Origin: Cetorhinus maximus
Lineage: Eukaryota
Length of the DNA stretch: 64,000 nucleotides
Assembly: GCF_964194155.1 (NCBI RefSeq)
Contig: NC_135880.1
Span: forward strand, 118,606,001-118,670,000
Direction of reading: 5' to 3'
In this document: piece after piece, positions 1-13,374 of the stretch
Numbering within the stretch: the stretch's first letter is position 1
Layout of the letters: each line of letters begins with the position of its first letter
Translations under genes and position numbers: made by a program
Notes under the pieces: model-generated
Databases searched by the model: none
The model's input: the letters and a program-made list of their open reading frames with translations, nothing else
Told to the model about the DNA's origin: nothing

Positions 1-246
1 AACCTGCCTAACATTTCCTGGGTAACTAACCAGGTAAATCAGAACTGTCCAAAGTCTCTGACTCTAACTCAGAGTTGGAGACTTTTGGGAAGGTCCTGAG
101 GAGCAGGGGGATTGCCCTTTGGAAGTTCAAACTCATAAGCAATTCCCACTGAGTCACTGTGTTGGATCTTCTGAGACATGCTGTAGCGCAATTTGCGGGG
201 CCGTGCTTCCGGACTCTGACTATCCAGGGACTGGAAGATCTGGGCC
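1..246. mobile_element. Terminal part of a non-autonomous Harbinger-like DNA element
   Basis: Ends GGAAGATCTGGGCC and contains GGAAGTTCAAACTC..GCAATTC, similar to 52999-53123 (GGAAGTTTAAACTT..GCAATTC, end GAAGATTTGGCCC). Confidence 0.35.
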
Positions 247-529
247 ATGGTTTTGCCAAATGTAGTTGAGCTAACGTGCAAATGTTTCAATGCTATTAAT
301 GTATTCTAAATAATTCATTCACTGTTTTATAGAAGAATACGACAGAAATAACTTCACAGTTTTTTTTATGCTGCTTGTAGTTGTCTTATTTTTATTCCCT
401 CCCCCAATGCATTATTCATTTTCTTGGGCTGCAGAAAAGTAATTACTATTCATTAAACTAGAAAAACAAAGGCCATTTACACACTCCTGATAGTGGAAAC
501 TTATTTTCTCTATGTAACAATATTGTGTG

Positions 530-1880
530 TCTGGCCGGGGGGTGGGGCCTGCAAGAGCAGGAAACGTGGTGTGCGGGGTCAATTAATTAGGCGGATGCAA
601 AATTTTGATTTCCTGATGGCGGGTTCAGATGCAAAGATTAAGTCCGTGGCATGTTTGCGAGCCTCACGCCATCCTCTGTCAGGTTCCTACCTCCAAGACA
701 TTTGCGTGCCATGAATACTCATTAGCGTGAAGATTTTTAAATTTATGTTCTACTTTCAAGATACAGTCCGCCACAGGAATCTTGTGGCACCAGGTTCACG
801 TTTGTTTAAAGGTGGCGTGCACCGCAAAGCTTTGTGCAGTTGTGTGTAAAGTCAGCGGATTCCCTTGTTTAACTCTACGGCAGGGAGGGTAGCAGAAGAA
901 TGGCAGCTTGCACGGAGGCTCAGCACCGGCAAGGGTGAGTCAGTGGTGAAGGAGGGCGGAGGTGGCGTGTGGAGTGGTCTCTGGGATATGGAGGAGTGGA
1001 AGATGGATTCAGGGGAGGACAGAGGATGAGGTCAGGGGCATGAAGGAGTTAAGTGGGATGGGCCAGGTGCTCTGGGTGTGTTGGGGGGATAGTCAAGGTA
1101 GGAAAATGAGGGATCTAAAGGGTGGTGTCAGTACTGTCCAAATGTGCGCCCATCTCAGGGTGTTGGCTGGCAGAGTCCTCACAGGGCTTTGAGTTCACTA
1201 CAACATTTCAATTATCCCACTGAGAGTGATCTTGGGCAATGTCTTTTGCAACATATAAAAGGGAGAGCCAGCTGAGCCTGCAAGTTCAGCTATATCCTAC
1301 AGAGTGAGGAGTACAACACTGGACACTAACATGAGCTTTCAATAAAGAGTGAAAAAAAAACACAACATTGTTTCTTTCACAATAAATAAAATGTCCCTAA
1401 CTCCCCTGTAACTATGAATGTGTGCCAGCCATGAGGTGTGCCAGTACATTTAGCTCTCTGACTCAACTAAGCTCAACAAATAACGATGATGCACATGTGA
1501 ATAAAGGGACACTAATGTAACATGAAATATTTACAAGTGAAATTTAAATTTGAAAAACACCCTTGCCACCTCTGTGCCCTCAAGTTTTATGTTAATGACA
1601 ATGGGGTTAGGCAGGAAAGTTCTGATCTTGATGCAGAGCCTCCCTTTTTAACCAGGAGACTCTTTTATAGCCTGCCTGTACCTGCAGCATTAACCGCTGA
1701 CAGCGGGTTTCACACTGAAAAGCTTCCCTTACCACTGAATTGTACGTGTTTCCCATTCACGCTGCTGGCACTTAAAATTTTATTAGTAATCATGTGGGAA
1801 ATGGGAAAAAGAGAGAGCGGAAGTGGTTCACACTTCCAGTTACACCATCGGGAACTGCACACTGTTCACAAAATCTCCCC
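530..1880. mobile_element. Degraded non-autonomous Harbinger-like element
   Basis: Right end CAAAATCTCCCC (rc GGGGAGATTTTG) resembles the GGG-N-RRATTTT termini of other elements here. The interior is GC-rich. The left TIR is not evident. Confidence 0.35.
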
Positions 1881-2599
1881 TGTGGAGTTCATTTATAAGA
1901 AATAGGGTTACAATTTTCTTGCACAAGCTATACAGAGAAAACCTTTTCCCATAGTATTTTTTTAAATAAGCAGTGGAGTCAAATGAACTATTATTTTTTT
2001 ATCTTAATCCCAGCCACTGGTTTAAAATTGAGCAGCATACAAATTTTTGAAATTCTGGCTGAATAGGGCCAAACATATAAAAATCTGACGCAAAGTGCCT
2101 TTGGGTATTGACAGACTAATTTGACACTTGCTGCAACTACGCTGTATTATGGGTGAGGATTCTAATGATTTCCTCATGGAAATCAAATCCTTTGACAATT
2201 CTTTGACAGAAATACAAAGCTTTACAGGATATAGAAAGAATACTACAAACACTTTACAAAAAGGCGCTGCTGGGTCTAGTAAAAGCCACATGCAGGGGGG
2301 TGCTTATTTTTTATTTACTGTGCTAGAATTTGGCCACAGTATTTTTATTCACCTTAGAAATGAGCTACGGCCAGATTTTTAAACCACCTTTTCTGCTAAG
2401 GCACTTGATAAGTGAAATAAAGGAAATCCCTAACCTCAATAAAGAACATTGTTTTCCGAAATTTCTCCATGCACATTTTAGCTGCCATTCCAGACCCGAG
2501 CCGATCATTCTATTTCTACTTCTTTCTCTTTTCTTTACTTCTTTTCTCTTTATTTCTTTTCTCTTTAAACCTCTATGATCCCTCTCTTCTACTGTCATA

Positions 2600-3859
2600 C
2601 CTGCTCACTGGCACTCAGTTTAGGTTCTGCCAGGGTCACTCAGCACCTGACCTCATTACAGCCTTGGTTCAAACATGGACAATAGAGTTGAACTCCAGAG
2701 GTGAGGTGAAAGTGTCTGCCCTTGACATCAAGGCAACATTTGACCGAGTGTGACATCAAAGAGCCACAGCAAAACTGGAGTCAATGGGAATCAGGGGGAA
2801 AACTCTCTGCTGGTTGGAGTCATACCTAGCACAGAGGAAGATTGTTGTGGTTGTTGGAGGTCAATCACCTCAGTTCCAGGATATCACTGCAGGAGCCCAG
2901 CAGGGTAGTGTCCTCGGCCCAACCATCTTCAGCTGCTTCATCAATGACCTTCCTTCCACCATAAGGTCAGAAGTGGGGATGTTTGCTGCTGATTGTACAA
3001 TGTTCAGCGCTAATCGTGACTACTCAGATACTGAAGCAGTCCATGTCCAAATGCAGCAAGAACTGGACAATATGCAGGCTTGGGCTGACAAGTGGCAAGC
3101 AACATTCGTGCCACACAAGTGCCAGGCAATGGCCATCTCCAACAAGAGAGAATCCAAACATCGCCCCTTAACATTCAATGGCATTACCATCATCGAATCC
3201 CCTACTATCAACATCCTGGGAATTAGCATTGACCAGAAACTGAACTGGACTAGCCACATAAATAGTGCGGCTACAAGAGCAGGTCAGAGGCTAGGAATCC
3301 TGTGGCGAGTAACTCATCTCCTGACTCACCAAAGCCTATCCACGACCTACAGGGCACAAGTCAGGGGTATGATGGAATACTCTCCACTTACCTGGATGAG
3401 TGTAGCTCCAACAACACTCAAGAAGCTTGACACCATCCAGGAAAAAGCAGCTCGCTTGATTGGCATTACCTCCGCCACTGACGAACAGTGGCAGCAGTGT
3501 GTATCATCTACAAGAGGCACTACAGAAGCTCACCAATGCTCCTTAGGCAGCATCTTCCAAACCCAAGACTGCTACCATCTAGAAGGACAGGACAGCAGAT
3601 ACATAGGAACACCACCACTTGGAAGACCTCTCCAAGTCATCATCCTGACTTGGAAATATATCGCTGTTCCTTCACTGTTGCTAGGTCAAAATCCTGGAAC
3701 TTCTTTCCTAACACCACTGTAGGTCCACCTACACCACAGGAACTGCAGTGGTTCAAGAAGGCAGCTCACCACCAACTTCTCAAGGGCAATTAGGGATGGG
3801 CAATAAATACTGGCTTAGGCAGCAACTTCCACATCCCATAAATGAATAATAAAAAAAAA
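2600..3859 (+). mobile_element. 5'-truncated CR1-group LINE (family A): RT 3' half and tail
   Basis: ORFs give LDIKATFDRV, QGSVLGPTIFSCFINDLP and MFAADCT (FADD mutated), with a premature stop and frameshift. Tail CAAGGGCAATTAGGGATGGGCAATAAA ending in an A-rich run. Confidence 0.93.
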
Positions 3860-4069
3860 CACCTTTCACTTCTCTGGTACTCATTCTCAGGCACTCTTCT
3901 CTCCCAATTTCCTAACGCAACCCTTCAGTACTGCTTGACCTTCCTATCTCTTGATGCCATTCCAGGATTGACTCCCTCTTAGATAAGCCTACAGCTTCCC
4001 TTCATGCTTCTCTCTGCATCCTCAGAAGAGCTCCCGAGACACCTGACTCTGGCTCAATATAAGTAGCAA

Positions 4070-4875
4070 CCCCAATTTCCCCATCCCACACTCTTGTCCA
4101 CTTTCCCATCCAGTGGGCCCTCTGAGGCCTAATTTTATCAATCTCATTTCTGTCCAAATTGCCTCTCCCACGGCTGACCATGTGGACTCTGCTCTTACCA
4201 GCCTTCTATACATCTCCCTCCAGAATATCTGTTCACTAATGAACAAGGTCCTTGCCATCCATGAACCTATCACTGTGGGTGTTTGCATTGACATCACGAC
4301 CTTAATGGAAACCTGGCTGAGGAGTGATTCCCCTTAATGATGCCTCGCCTCCTGGATATATCTTCCACCAGTTGCCCAATTAAGATTATCAGAATGGTAG
4401 TGTGGTGATTGTCACCAAATCTCACCTTAACCCGACCCACTAGTCCTTTGGCACTTTCTCCTCCTTTGAGCATCTCACCTCTCATTTAAGATCATCATCA
4501 TTCCCTAACAGCAACAACCCCCCCGACCACCCCCCTGATTATGATAAAAATGTTTTCACTGATTTATCTTCACTGTTTTCCTCCCTCAGCTTCAGACTTC
4601 TCATCCTCAGTGATTTCAACCTTCCTCTCAGTCTGTCCCTTTTTTTTTAAAAACTGCCATCATCGCCCTACTCCTCAAATAACAAACCTTGACCCCACCA
4701 TCAATGTTACCAACCTCCATATCTCCATACTTCTTTCCTCTGCAAATTCCTTGAAATTGTTGCCTCCCAAATCCTTGCCCATCTTTCCTGGACACCATGT
4801 TGAATCCCTCCAATCAGGTTTTCACCCCTGCCATAGTACTGAAACAGCTCTTATCAAAGTTACAAATTACATCCT
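4070..4875 (+). mobile_element. L2-type LINE, 5' segment (APE endonuclease remnant and start of RT)
   Basis: SLQNICSLMNK...METWL (APE motif) and QSGFHPCHSTETALIKVTNYIL (typical L2 RT start). Continues at 5979. Confidence 0.75.
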
Positions 4876-5975
4876 TATTTTTATTCATTCACGGGATGTG
4901 GACTTCGCTGGCTGGGCCAGCATTTATTGACCATCCCTAGTTGCCCTTGAGAAAGTGCTGGTGAGCTGACTTCTTGAACTGCTGCAGTCCATGTGGTGCA
5001 GGTACACCCATACTGCTGTTAGGAAGGGAGTTCCAGGATTTTGGCCCAGCGACGGTGAAGGAACAGCGATATATTTCCAAGTCAGGATGCTGAGTGACTT
5101 GGAAGGGAGCGTCTAGGTGGCGGCATTCCCATCTATTTGCACATCCTTGTCCTTCTAGATGGTAGTGGTCATGGGTTTGGAAGGTGCTGTCTTAGGAGCC
5201 TTGATGAATTCCTGCACGCATCTTATAGATGGTGCACAATGCTACTACTGTACATTGGTGGTGGAGGGAATGAATGTTTGTGGATATGGTGCCAATCAAG
5301 CAGGTTGCTTTGTCCTGGACAGTGTCAAGCCTCTTGAGTGTTGTGGGAGCTGCACTCATCCAGGCAAATGGGGAATATTCCATCACATTCCTGACTTGTG
5401 CCTTGTAGATGGTGGACAGGCTTTGAGGAGTCAGGAGGTGAGTTACTCATCTCAGGATTCCTAGCCTCTGGCCTGCTCTTGTAGCCACAGTATTTATATG
5501 GCTAGTCCAGTTCAGTTTCTGGTCAATGGTAACTCCCAGGATGTTAATAGTGCGGGATTCTGTGATGGTAAAGCCATTGAACATCAAGGGGCGATAGTTG
5601 GATTCTCTCTTCTTGGAGATGGTCATTGCCTGACACTTGTGTGGCACGAATGTTACTTGCCACTTGTTAGCCCAAGCCTGGATATTGTCTAGGTCTTGCT
5701 GCATTTGGACATAGACTCTGAGGAGTCGCGAATGGTGTTGAAACATTGTGCAATCATCAGCAAACATCCCCACTTCTGACCTTATGATGGAAGGATGGTC
5801 ATTGATGAAGCAGCTGAAGATGGTTAGGGAGAGGACACTACCCTGAGAAACTCCTGCGGTGATGTCCTGGAGCTGAGATGACTGACCTCCAACAACTGCA
5901 AACACAACCACCATCTTCCTTTGTGCTTGGTATGACTCCAACCAGTGGAGAGTTTTCCCCGATTCCTATTGACTC
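4876..5975 (-). mobile_element. 5'-truncated CR1-group LINE (family A) inserted in L2
   Basis: Minus ORF GVSQGSVLSLTIFSCFINDHPSIIRSEVGMFADDCTMF. The family A tail lies at 4876-4990 in reverse. Confidence 0.93.
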
Positions 5976-5978
5976 TTA

Positions 5979-6125
5979 GGTGACTGTGACAAAGATAAAC
6001 TAATCCTTCCTCATCCTTTTCGATCTATCTGCAGCCTTTGACAAGATTAACCACACCAGCCCCCTCCAACACCTCTCCACCATTGTCCAACAGGGTGGAA
6101 CTCCTCTCAGCTATCTAATCGCAGC
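5979..6125 (+). mobile_element. L2-type LINE, middle segment
   Basis: Reads ILFDLSAAFDKINH, matching the L2 LLDLSAAFDTIDH motif. Collinear with 4800-4875 and 9885 onward. Confidence 0.75.
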
Positions 6126-6127
6126 TT

Positions 6128-9100
6128 GACTCATAGACTCATAGACGTCTACAGCATAGAAGGAGGCCATTCTGCGCATCGTGTCCACGCTGGTCAACAA
6201 AGCTCTGGCTAAACTAATCCCATTTGCCAGCGCTTAGCCCATAGCCCTGGAGGCTATGGCAACGCAAGTGAATATCTAAATACTTCTTAAAAGTTACGGG
6301 ACTTTCTGACTCAACCACTTTCAGGCAGAGAGTTCCAGACTCTCATCACCCTCTGAGTAAAAAAATTTCACCTCAACTCCCCTCTTAGCCTTCTACCTCT
6401 TAGCTTAGATCTATGCCCCCTGGTTATTGACCCCTCCACTAATGGAAAAAGTGCCTTCCTAGACACCCTTTCTATGCCACTCAATATTATATACCTCAAT
6501 CAGGTACCCTCTCAACCTTCACTGCTCCAAGGAAAACAACCCCAGCCTATCCAATCTTTCCTCATAGCTCAGAGACTCCAGCCCAGGCAGCATCCTGGTA
6601 AATCTCCTCTGCAACCTCTCCAGTGCAATCACATCCTTTCTATAATGTGGTGACCAGAACTGCATGCTGTACTCCAGTTGTGGCCTAACCAGCATTTTAT
6701 ACAGTTCCAGCATAATCTCCCTGCTCTTGTATTCCAAGCCTCGGCCAATAAAGGCAAGTACCCCTTCTTCTTAACCACCTTATATACCTGCCCTGCTACC
6801 TTCAGGGATCTGTGGATATGCACGCCAAGGTCTCTCTGATTTTCAGTGCTTTCCAGGGTTCTACCATTCATAGTGTAAACCCTTACCTTGTTAGCCCTCC
6901 CCAAGTGCATTACCGCACACTTTTCCGGGTTGAATTCCATTTGCCACTGCTCTGCCCACCTGACCAGCCCATTGATATCCTCCTGCAGTTTACAGCTATC
7001 CTCCTCACTATTTACCACCCTACCAATTTTCAAGTCATCCGTGAACTTCTTGCTCATACCCCCTACATTTAAGTCCAAATCATTTATAAAGACCACAAAC
7101 AGCAAGGGCCCCACCACAGAGTCTTGCGGAATCCCACTGGAAGCAGACTTCCAGTCACAGAAACATCCCTCTAACATCACCCTCTGCTTCCTGCCTCTCA
7201 GCCAATTTTGGATTCAACGTGCCACTTTGCCTTGGATCCCACGGGCTCTTACTTTCTTGACAAGTCTGCCATGAAGGACCTCATCAAAAGCCTTGCTAAA
7301 GTCCATGTGGACCACATCAAATGCATTACCCTCATCGACACTACTGGTTACCTCCTCAAAAAATTCAATCAAATTTGTCAAACGCGACCTTCCCTTAACA
7401 AATCCATGCTGATTATCCCTGATTAATCCGTGTCTCTTCAAGTACAGATAAATTCTGTCCCTCAGAGAATTCTTTCTAGTAACTTCCCCACCACTGAGGT
7501 TAGGCTGACTGGCCTGTAATTTCCTGGTCTATCCCTTCTTTAATAATGGGACAACGTTAGCAGTCCTCCAGTCTTCTGACACTTCATGTGTGGCCAGAGA
7601 GGATTTGAAAATTACTGCCAGGGCCCCTGATATCTCTTCCCTTGCCTCCCTCAGCAGCCTGGGATACATCTAATCTGGGCCTGTGGATTTATCCACTTTT
7701 AAGGCCGCTAAACCCGCTAGTACCTCCTCTCTCTATGTTAATTTCCTCTACTATTTCACAGTCCTCCACCCTGATATCAATACATGCGTCGTCCTTTTCC
7801 ATTGTGAAGACCGATGCAAAGTATTCATTGAGGACTGTACCCATATCTTCCAGGTCTACACACATATCATCTCTACGGTCCCTAATTGGCCCTACACTTT
7901 CCCTAGTTATTCTCTTGCTCTTTACATATTTTAAAAACCCCTTTGGTTTTCCTTTATTCTACCCATCAATGCTTTCTCATGCACTCTCTTAGCTTTCCTA
8001 ATTTCCTTTTTAAGTCCCCCCCCTGCACTTTTCATACTCCTCTAGGGACTCTGCTGTATTGAGCTCTCAGTATCTGCTATTGGCTTCTCTTTTTCTCTTA
8101 ATCTTAACCTTAATGTCCCTTGACATCCAGGGTTCTCCAGACTTGGCCCCCGCTTTGTCTTTACGGGAACATATTTGCCCTGCACTCTCGCTATTTCCTC
8201 CTTGAATGCCTCCCAATGCTCTGACACAGTTTTATCTGCAAGTAGCTGCTCCCAGTCCACTTGGGTCAAAACATATCACATCTTAGTAAAATTAGCCTTT
8301 CCCCTGTTTAGGACTTTAATTCCCAGCCCAGCCTTATGCTTTTCCATAACTATCCTAAATCTAACTGAGTTATGGTCACTAACTTATGAGTTATATCCCC
8401 AAAATGCTCCCCTACTGATACGCTTTCCACCTGCTCGGGCTCATTTCCGAATATTAGGTCCAGAATTGCCCCCTCCCTTGTTGGGCTTTCTACGTAATGG
8501 CTAAAAAAATTCTCCTGGATGCAACTTAAGAATTTTGCTCCCTCCCTACCTTGCACACTAAAACTATCCCAGTTAATATTTGGGTAGTTAAAATCCCCTA
8601 TTACTGCCTGATTATTCATAACACTTCTCTGAAATGTGATTGCACATTTGATCCTCGATCTCTCCCTGACTGTTTGGGAGCCTATAGTACACACCCAACA
8701 GTGTGTTTGCCCCTTGTGTGTTTTTAACTTCTACCCATATGGCCTCATTTGATGATCCCTCCAAATATCATCCCTCCTCACTGCTTGCATTGATTCCTTG
8801 ATCAATATTGCAGCCCCCCCCTCCTCTTTTATCCTCCTCTCTATCTCATCTGAATACCCTATAACCAGGAATGTTGAGCTGCCAATCCTGCCCTTCTTTT
8901 AGCCAAGTCTCAGTCATAGCTATGATATCATACTCCCATGTGCCTATCTGTACCCTCAGCTCGTCTGTCTTATTCCTCAAGCTCCTTGCATTAAAATATA
9001 TTCCATTTAGCCTTGCTAAACTCACTTCTTTCTTATCCAACCTATGTTTCCTCTGCCTTCCAGACTCACTTACTTGTATTTTAACTTTTAATTCCATCTC

Positions 9101-9884
9101 AGCTTCTCTCCCCTCTGAACTACTTTTCAGGATCCCATCCCCCTGCCAATTTAGTTTAAATTTGCCCCAACAGTATTAGCAAACCTCCTCGTGAGGATGT
9201 TGGTCCCATTCCTGTTCAGATGTAACCCGTCCAACTTGTACAGGTCCCACCTCCCCTAGAAACGATCCCAGTGCCCCAGGAATCTAAAGCCCTCCCTCCT
9301 GCACCATCTCTCCAGCCACACATTCATCTGCTCTATCCTTCTGCTCCTATACTCAATACTCCATGGCACCGGGAATAATCTGGATATTACTACCTTTGAA
9401 GGCCTGTTTTTCAGTTTCCTACCTAATTCCCTAAAGCCTGCTTTGCAGGACTTCAATTCTCTTTCTTCCTGTCATTGGTCCCAACATGGACCATGGCCTC
9501 TGGCTGTTCACCCTCTCCTTTCAGAATGCCTTGCAGCCGTACCATGACATCCTTAGCCCTGGTACCCGGGAGGCAACATACCATCCTGGAGTCACATCTA
9601 CAGCCGCAGAAGCGCCTGTCTACTCCCCTCACTAACAAATCCCCTACCACTATTACCCTTCCACGCTTCTTCCTCCCCCACTGAGCAGCTGGACCACCCA
9701 CAGTGCCATGGCCATGGCTCTGGCTGGCCTCCACAGAGAAACCGTCACTCTCACCGTTTTCCAAAGCCAAAAAATGGTTTGTGAGTGAGATGCACTCAGG
9801 GGGATTCCCTCAGTACCTGCCCGGTCCCCTTCTTCCGTCTGGCGGTCACCCATTCCCTCTCTTATTGCACTTCCTTAAGCTGCA
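6128..9884 (-). mobile_element. Near full-length decayed CR1 LINE (family C): ORF1 SGNH esterase, ORF2 APE and RT, (TCTATGAG)n tail
   Basis: ORF1: IVVGDLLVRGVDRRFC...HVGTND. APE: YFNARSLRNK, DIIAMTETWL, IGDFNYPNINW. RT: NQHGFVKGRS, MDFSKAFDEV, FTDD, LVRPQLEY. Octamer tail ctcatagactcataga at about 6130. Many stops and frameshifts. Confidence 0.95.
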
Positions 9885-10781
9885 GTAAGTATCACTTACA
9901 ATGGCTTCTCTTCCCATTCCTGCTTTGCTACTCCTGGTGTCCCACAGGGAACTATCCTTGGCCCCCATCTATTTCTCATCTATATGCTGCACCAAAATGA
10001 CAATATCCAAAAGCACGGCGTTAGTTTTCACATATATGCCGATGACACCCAGCTCTACCTCATTACCACTTTTCTCAATTCCTCCACCGTTGCTAAATTA
10101 TCTGGCTTATCTGGCATGCAGTACTGGATGCACAGAAATTTCCTCTAATTAAATATTGGGAAGATTGAAGCCATTGTTTTCGGTCCCCATTCCAAACTCC
10201 ATTCCCTAGCTACTGACTCCATCCCTCTCCCTTGCAATAGCCTGAGACTTAACAGTCTGTTTGCAAACTTAATGTCATATTTGACCCCAAGAAGAGCTTC
10301 TGATCACATATTCGCATCATCACTAAAATTGCCTGTTTCTGGAACACTGCCCAGCTTTTCCTCTGTCTCAGCTCATCTGCTGCTGAAATCCTCATTCATG
10401 TCTTCATTACCTCTAGACATGACTACTCCAATGTACTGCTGGCTGGTCTCCCATATTCTGCCCTCCATAAACCTGAGGTCATCTGAACCTCTGCTGCCCA
10501 TGTCTTAATTCGCACCAAGTCTCATTCACTTATCATGTAATTCTGGACCTGTGCATTTTACTTGATCCACCATTGAAGACTGTTGCCTGGGCCCTAAACT
10601 CTGGAATTCCCTCCCTTAACACATTCCTTAAAACCTACCTCTCTGAAAAACTTTTGGCAATCTGACTCAAAGTGTCCTTTTTGTGGCTGAGTGTCATATT
10701 TTGTTTTATAATGCCCCTCTGAAGCACCCTGGGATATTTTATTACGTTACAGATGCTTTACAAATATAGGTTGTTGTTGTT
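9885..10781 (+). mobile_element. L2-type LINE, 3' segment
   Basis: GVPQGT.LGP, YADDTQLY (tatgccgatgacacccagctctac), LDMTTP region equivalent to RLDY.N, and a tail ending (GTT)n. Confidence 0.85.
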
Positions 10782-11157
10782 TCTTGAAGGATATAGAAGT
10801 ATAACATATCAAGCCTGCTGCATCAGTTTCAGCTATCTCAGTTCTTTTTAAAAAAATCCTAATTCCTGATCTCTTTTCTATATACCTAGTAACATTACTT
10901 CCCAAACATAACTACGGATCCACCAGGGACTAAGCCACTGATAATCCTATACAAATAGCACACAAAGCCAAGTACATGGCCAGTCGGAAAATACTTGTTA
11001 CTTGATTGCAACTGATGTCATTGACTAATTACTGGAATACAGGTTCATAAGTTCTCTGTTACCATGCCCAAGTGGCCATTTGTCAGATGTGAGCCTTAAC
11101 ATGGATATTTGAGGATGGGGGAAATCATAGCTGAAGGTGATCCTGACCTCATCTAAT

Positions 11158-11842
11158 GGGTAGAATTTAATCTGGCCCTTGGGAGTGGACCTGGAAGTGG
11201 GGGTGGGAGTCACAGAAGCGGGAGAAAAGGCGGGGGATGGAGTGCCTGTCACCTTCCCGACTCGTGCAATTCAATCAGCGGTGGGGAAGATCGAGGACGG
11301 TCTTCCCATCCAAACATCAACTGAGGCCCTTATTTGGCTAATAAAGGGACACTTAAGGGCCTCTCCCCATTGCTGTTGGGAGGCCACCCAGTAAAAGCTG
11401 GTGGCTGCCCTGTGGGCTTGGGGTGGGCCCTCTTGATCGGGCACCTTGTGGCCCACAGATGGCTCTGCCCGATTGCAAGGGCTGCTCCTGCTGAAACAAC
11501 AACCCCTATCCCCACCCACCGGAGCCTACTTAACTGGCACAGGTAAGCCCAATCCCATTCACCTGGAATTTGGGCCTACTCCATCTTGTTGGTACAGTAC
11601 CAGCAGTAGTCACCACTGCTGGGGGCGCTCCTGGGACTGAAGAGCTGCTGTTCCTCCGATTGACCAGCAGTTCCTGAAGGTGGGATCTTTGCCCTCAAAG
11701 GAATGGGAGCCCTGATCGCAGGCAGTTAACTGCCTGATGGGCATAGAGTCGTGTTGAGGGTCCCGGAAACAGACGTGACAGGATTGCCCTTGTCTTTCCG
11801 GCCCAGCATTAGGGCCACTGCTGCTGGCATTAAATTCAGCCC
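11158..11842. mobile_element. Harbinger-type MITE with AAT target-site duplication
   Basis: TIRs GGGTAGAATTTAAT and ATTAAATTCAGCCC, with AAT directly on both sides (11155-11157, 11843-11845). Confidence 0.8.
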
Positions 11843-11949
11843 AATGTTTGCACTTCTGTACTTTCAGCAATAAATGCTAGATGGAAAATATTATGGATGG
11901 ATGAGGAATTTTGGTAATCCTGCTGTTGCCTTGGTTGGGATTACTAATT

Positions 11950-12025
11950 TAGCACAGACTGGGAATCAAACCTGGGACAAGCATGGCTTGTACGGCTCAG
12001 TTACTAGACACATTTGCTGAGCTGT
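11950..12025 (-). mobile_element. Old tRNA-derived SINE head fragment
   Basis: Reverse strand has a B-box-like GGTTTGATTCCC downstream of CTGAGCCGTACA. Short and diverged. Confidence 0.3.
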
Positions 12026-12304
12026 AGAAAAGGCATTTACAAATAGTCACTAAAAATGACGAATTGAAGAAAATTAAAGCGCCTGGAGGGATTATTAATT
12101 TCACAATTAAGAATCATCTAGCTTTGTACCTTTGCCAAAAGGCTTACTTGACAATGAAGTATGGTGCTCAAGTAACAACAGCTATTTCAAAGTTATACAC
12201 TGTATGAGCGTTTCTGAGATATCGTAAGGCTTTTTATAAATACAGTGGGAATATTATTCACCTTCAATGAGGTGTTAACTTGGCAGTGCAGATCACCCAT
12301 CCAT

Positions 12305-12497
12305 TATAGAATCTTGATCCAACATCCAGCAAGATCATGGCTGATCTTCTACTTCAACTCCACCATCCTGCACTATCCTTACAACCCTTAATTCTTTAGT
12401 ACCCAAAAATCTATCGACCTCAATCTTGAATCAGCAACTGAGCATCCATGGCTGTCTGGGATAGGGAACTCCAAAGGTTCACAACCCTTTGAGTGAA
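12305..12497 (-). mobile_element. CR1 3' fragment
   Basis: AAGATCATGGCTGATCT...CAATCTTGAA...GGGATAGGGAACTCCAAAGGTTCACAACCCT, a reverse CR1 3' end similar to 28113-29325. Confidence 0.6.
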
Positions 12498-13374
12498 CAA
12501 CACATTGTGGAGGACAAGAGGGTATGCTGCATCTGTCCTTTAATTTGTTGTATATCATAATTAGGAGCTGTATACAGTTTTAAATTGTATTTACTAATTC
12601 ACAATGCACTATTTGTGGAATGTGCTGCCCCCTCTCCACTCCACAGATGTCTGTACTTCTCTGGCAGACAGTTACTGCTCATCAGCCTGAAAAATATTTC
12701 ACAGCAGAGGAGCTGCCATATAGGTCCTAATATTCTGTAGTTTCTTCAGGAATACTTTATTGATTGGGTCAGTAATTCTCAGTTAGATGCGGAAATGATT
12801 GTAACTGACAATGCCATGAAAACAATTACGGCATTGTTAGATGATAATTACAATCATGTTTGTTTTGTACAGACTAAACATTATTAATACCCTCACCCAA
12901 TGAGTGCCAGTCTTTGCAGTATTTTTGATCAATGTGCATGGCATTTCAAATTGCTTCCATACACCAGTAAAACACACAATGCTACTGAAGCATCAAATTG
13001 AACAGGGCTTTGTAGCCTTAACCATCGTCTGCTGAATTACAGTTGCTGCAGTGTGCAAAGGACTGTAAAAATCCTGTCCACTATAAAGTTACCTCTGATC
13101 CTGCATTGTTATTAAATCATCTGACCAACAATACAAAAATAGGAGGGTACTTCTAAACATCCTATATACAAGAAGTTACAATGAGTTGGTACTCCTCATA
13201 TTTTATGGCCAAATTTCTGAGTTTCCCAATCTCATAACCTTGGCGGAAACGCAGAAGAATCAATGCGAACAACTGTTTTCACCATCTCTTCCATCAAACT
13301 TATGGCTGGAAGAACCCAGTGAAATTCCAGGTGTAGTATCTAGCAGCTCAGGGGAGATGGGGAAAAGAGACGGC

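Noticed and set aside
2784-3722. 312-aa ORF, the longest in the window
   Set aside because: It is a LINE RT fragment with a mutated FADD motif, an upstream stop and a frameshifted tail, not a host gene.
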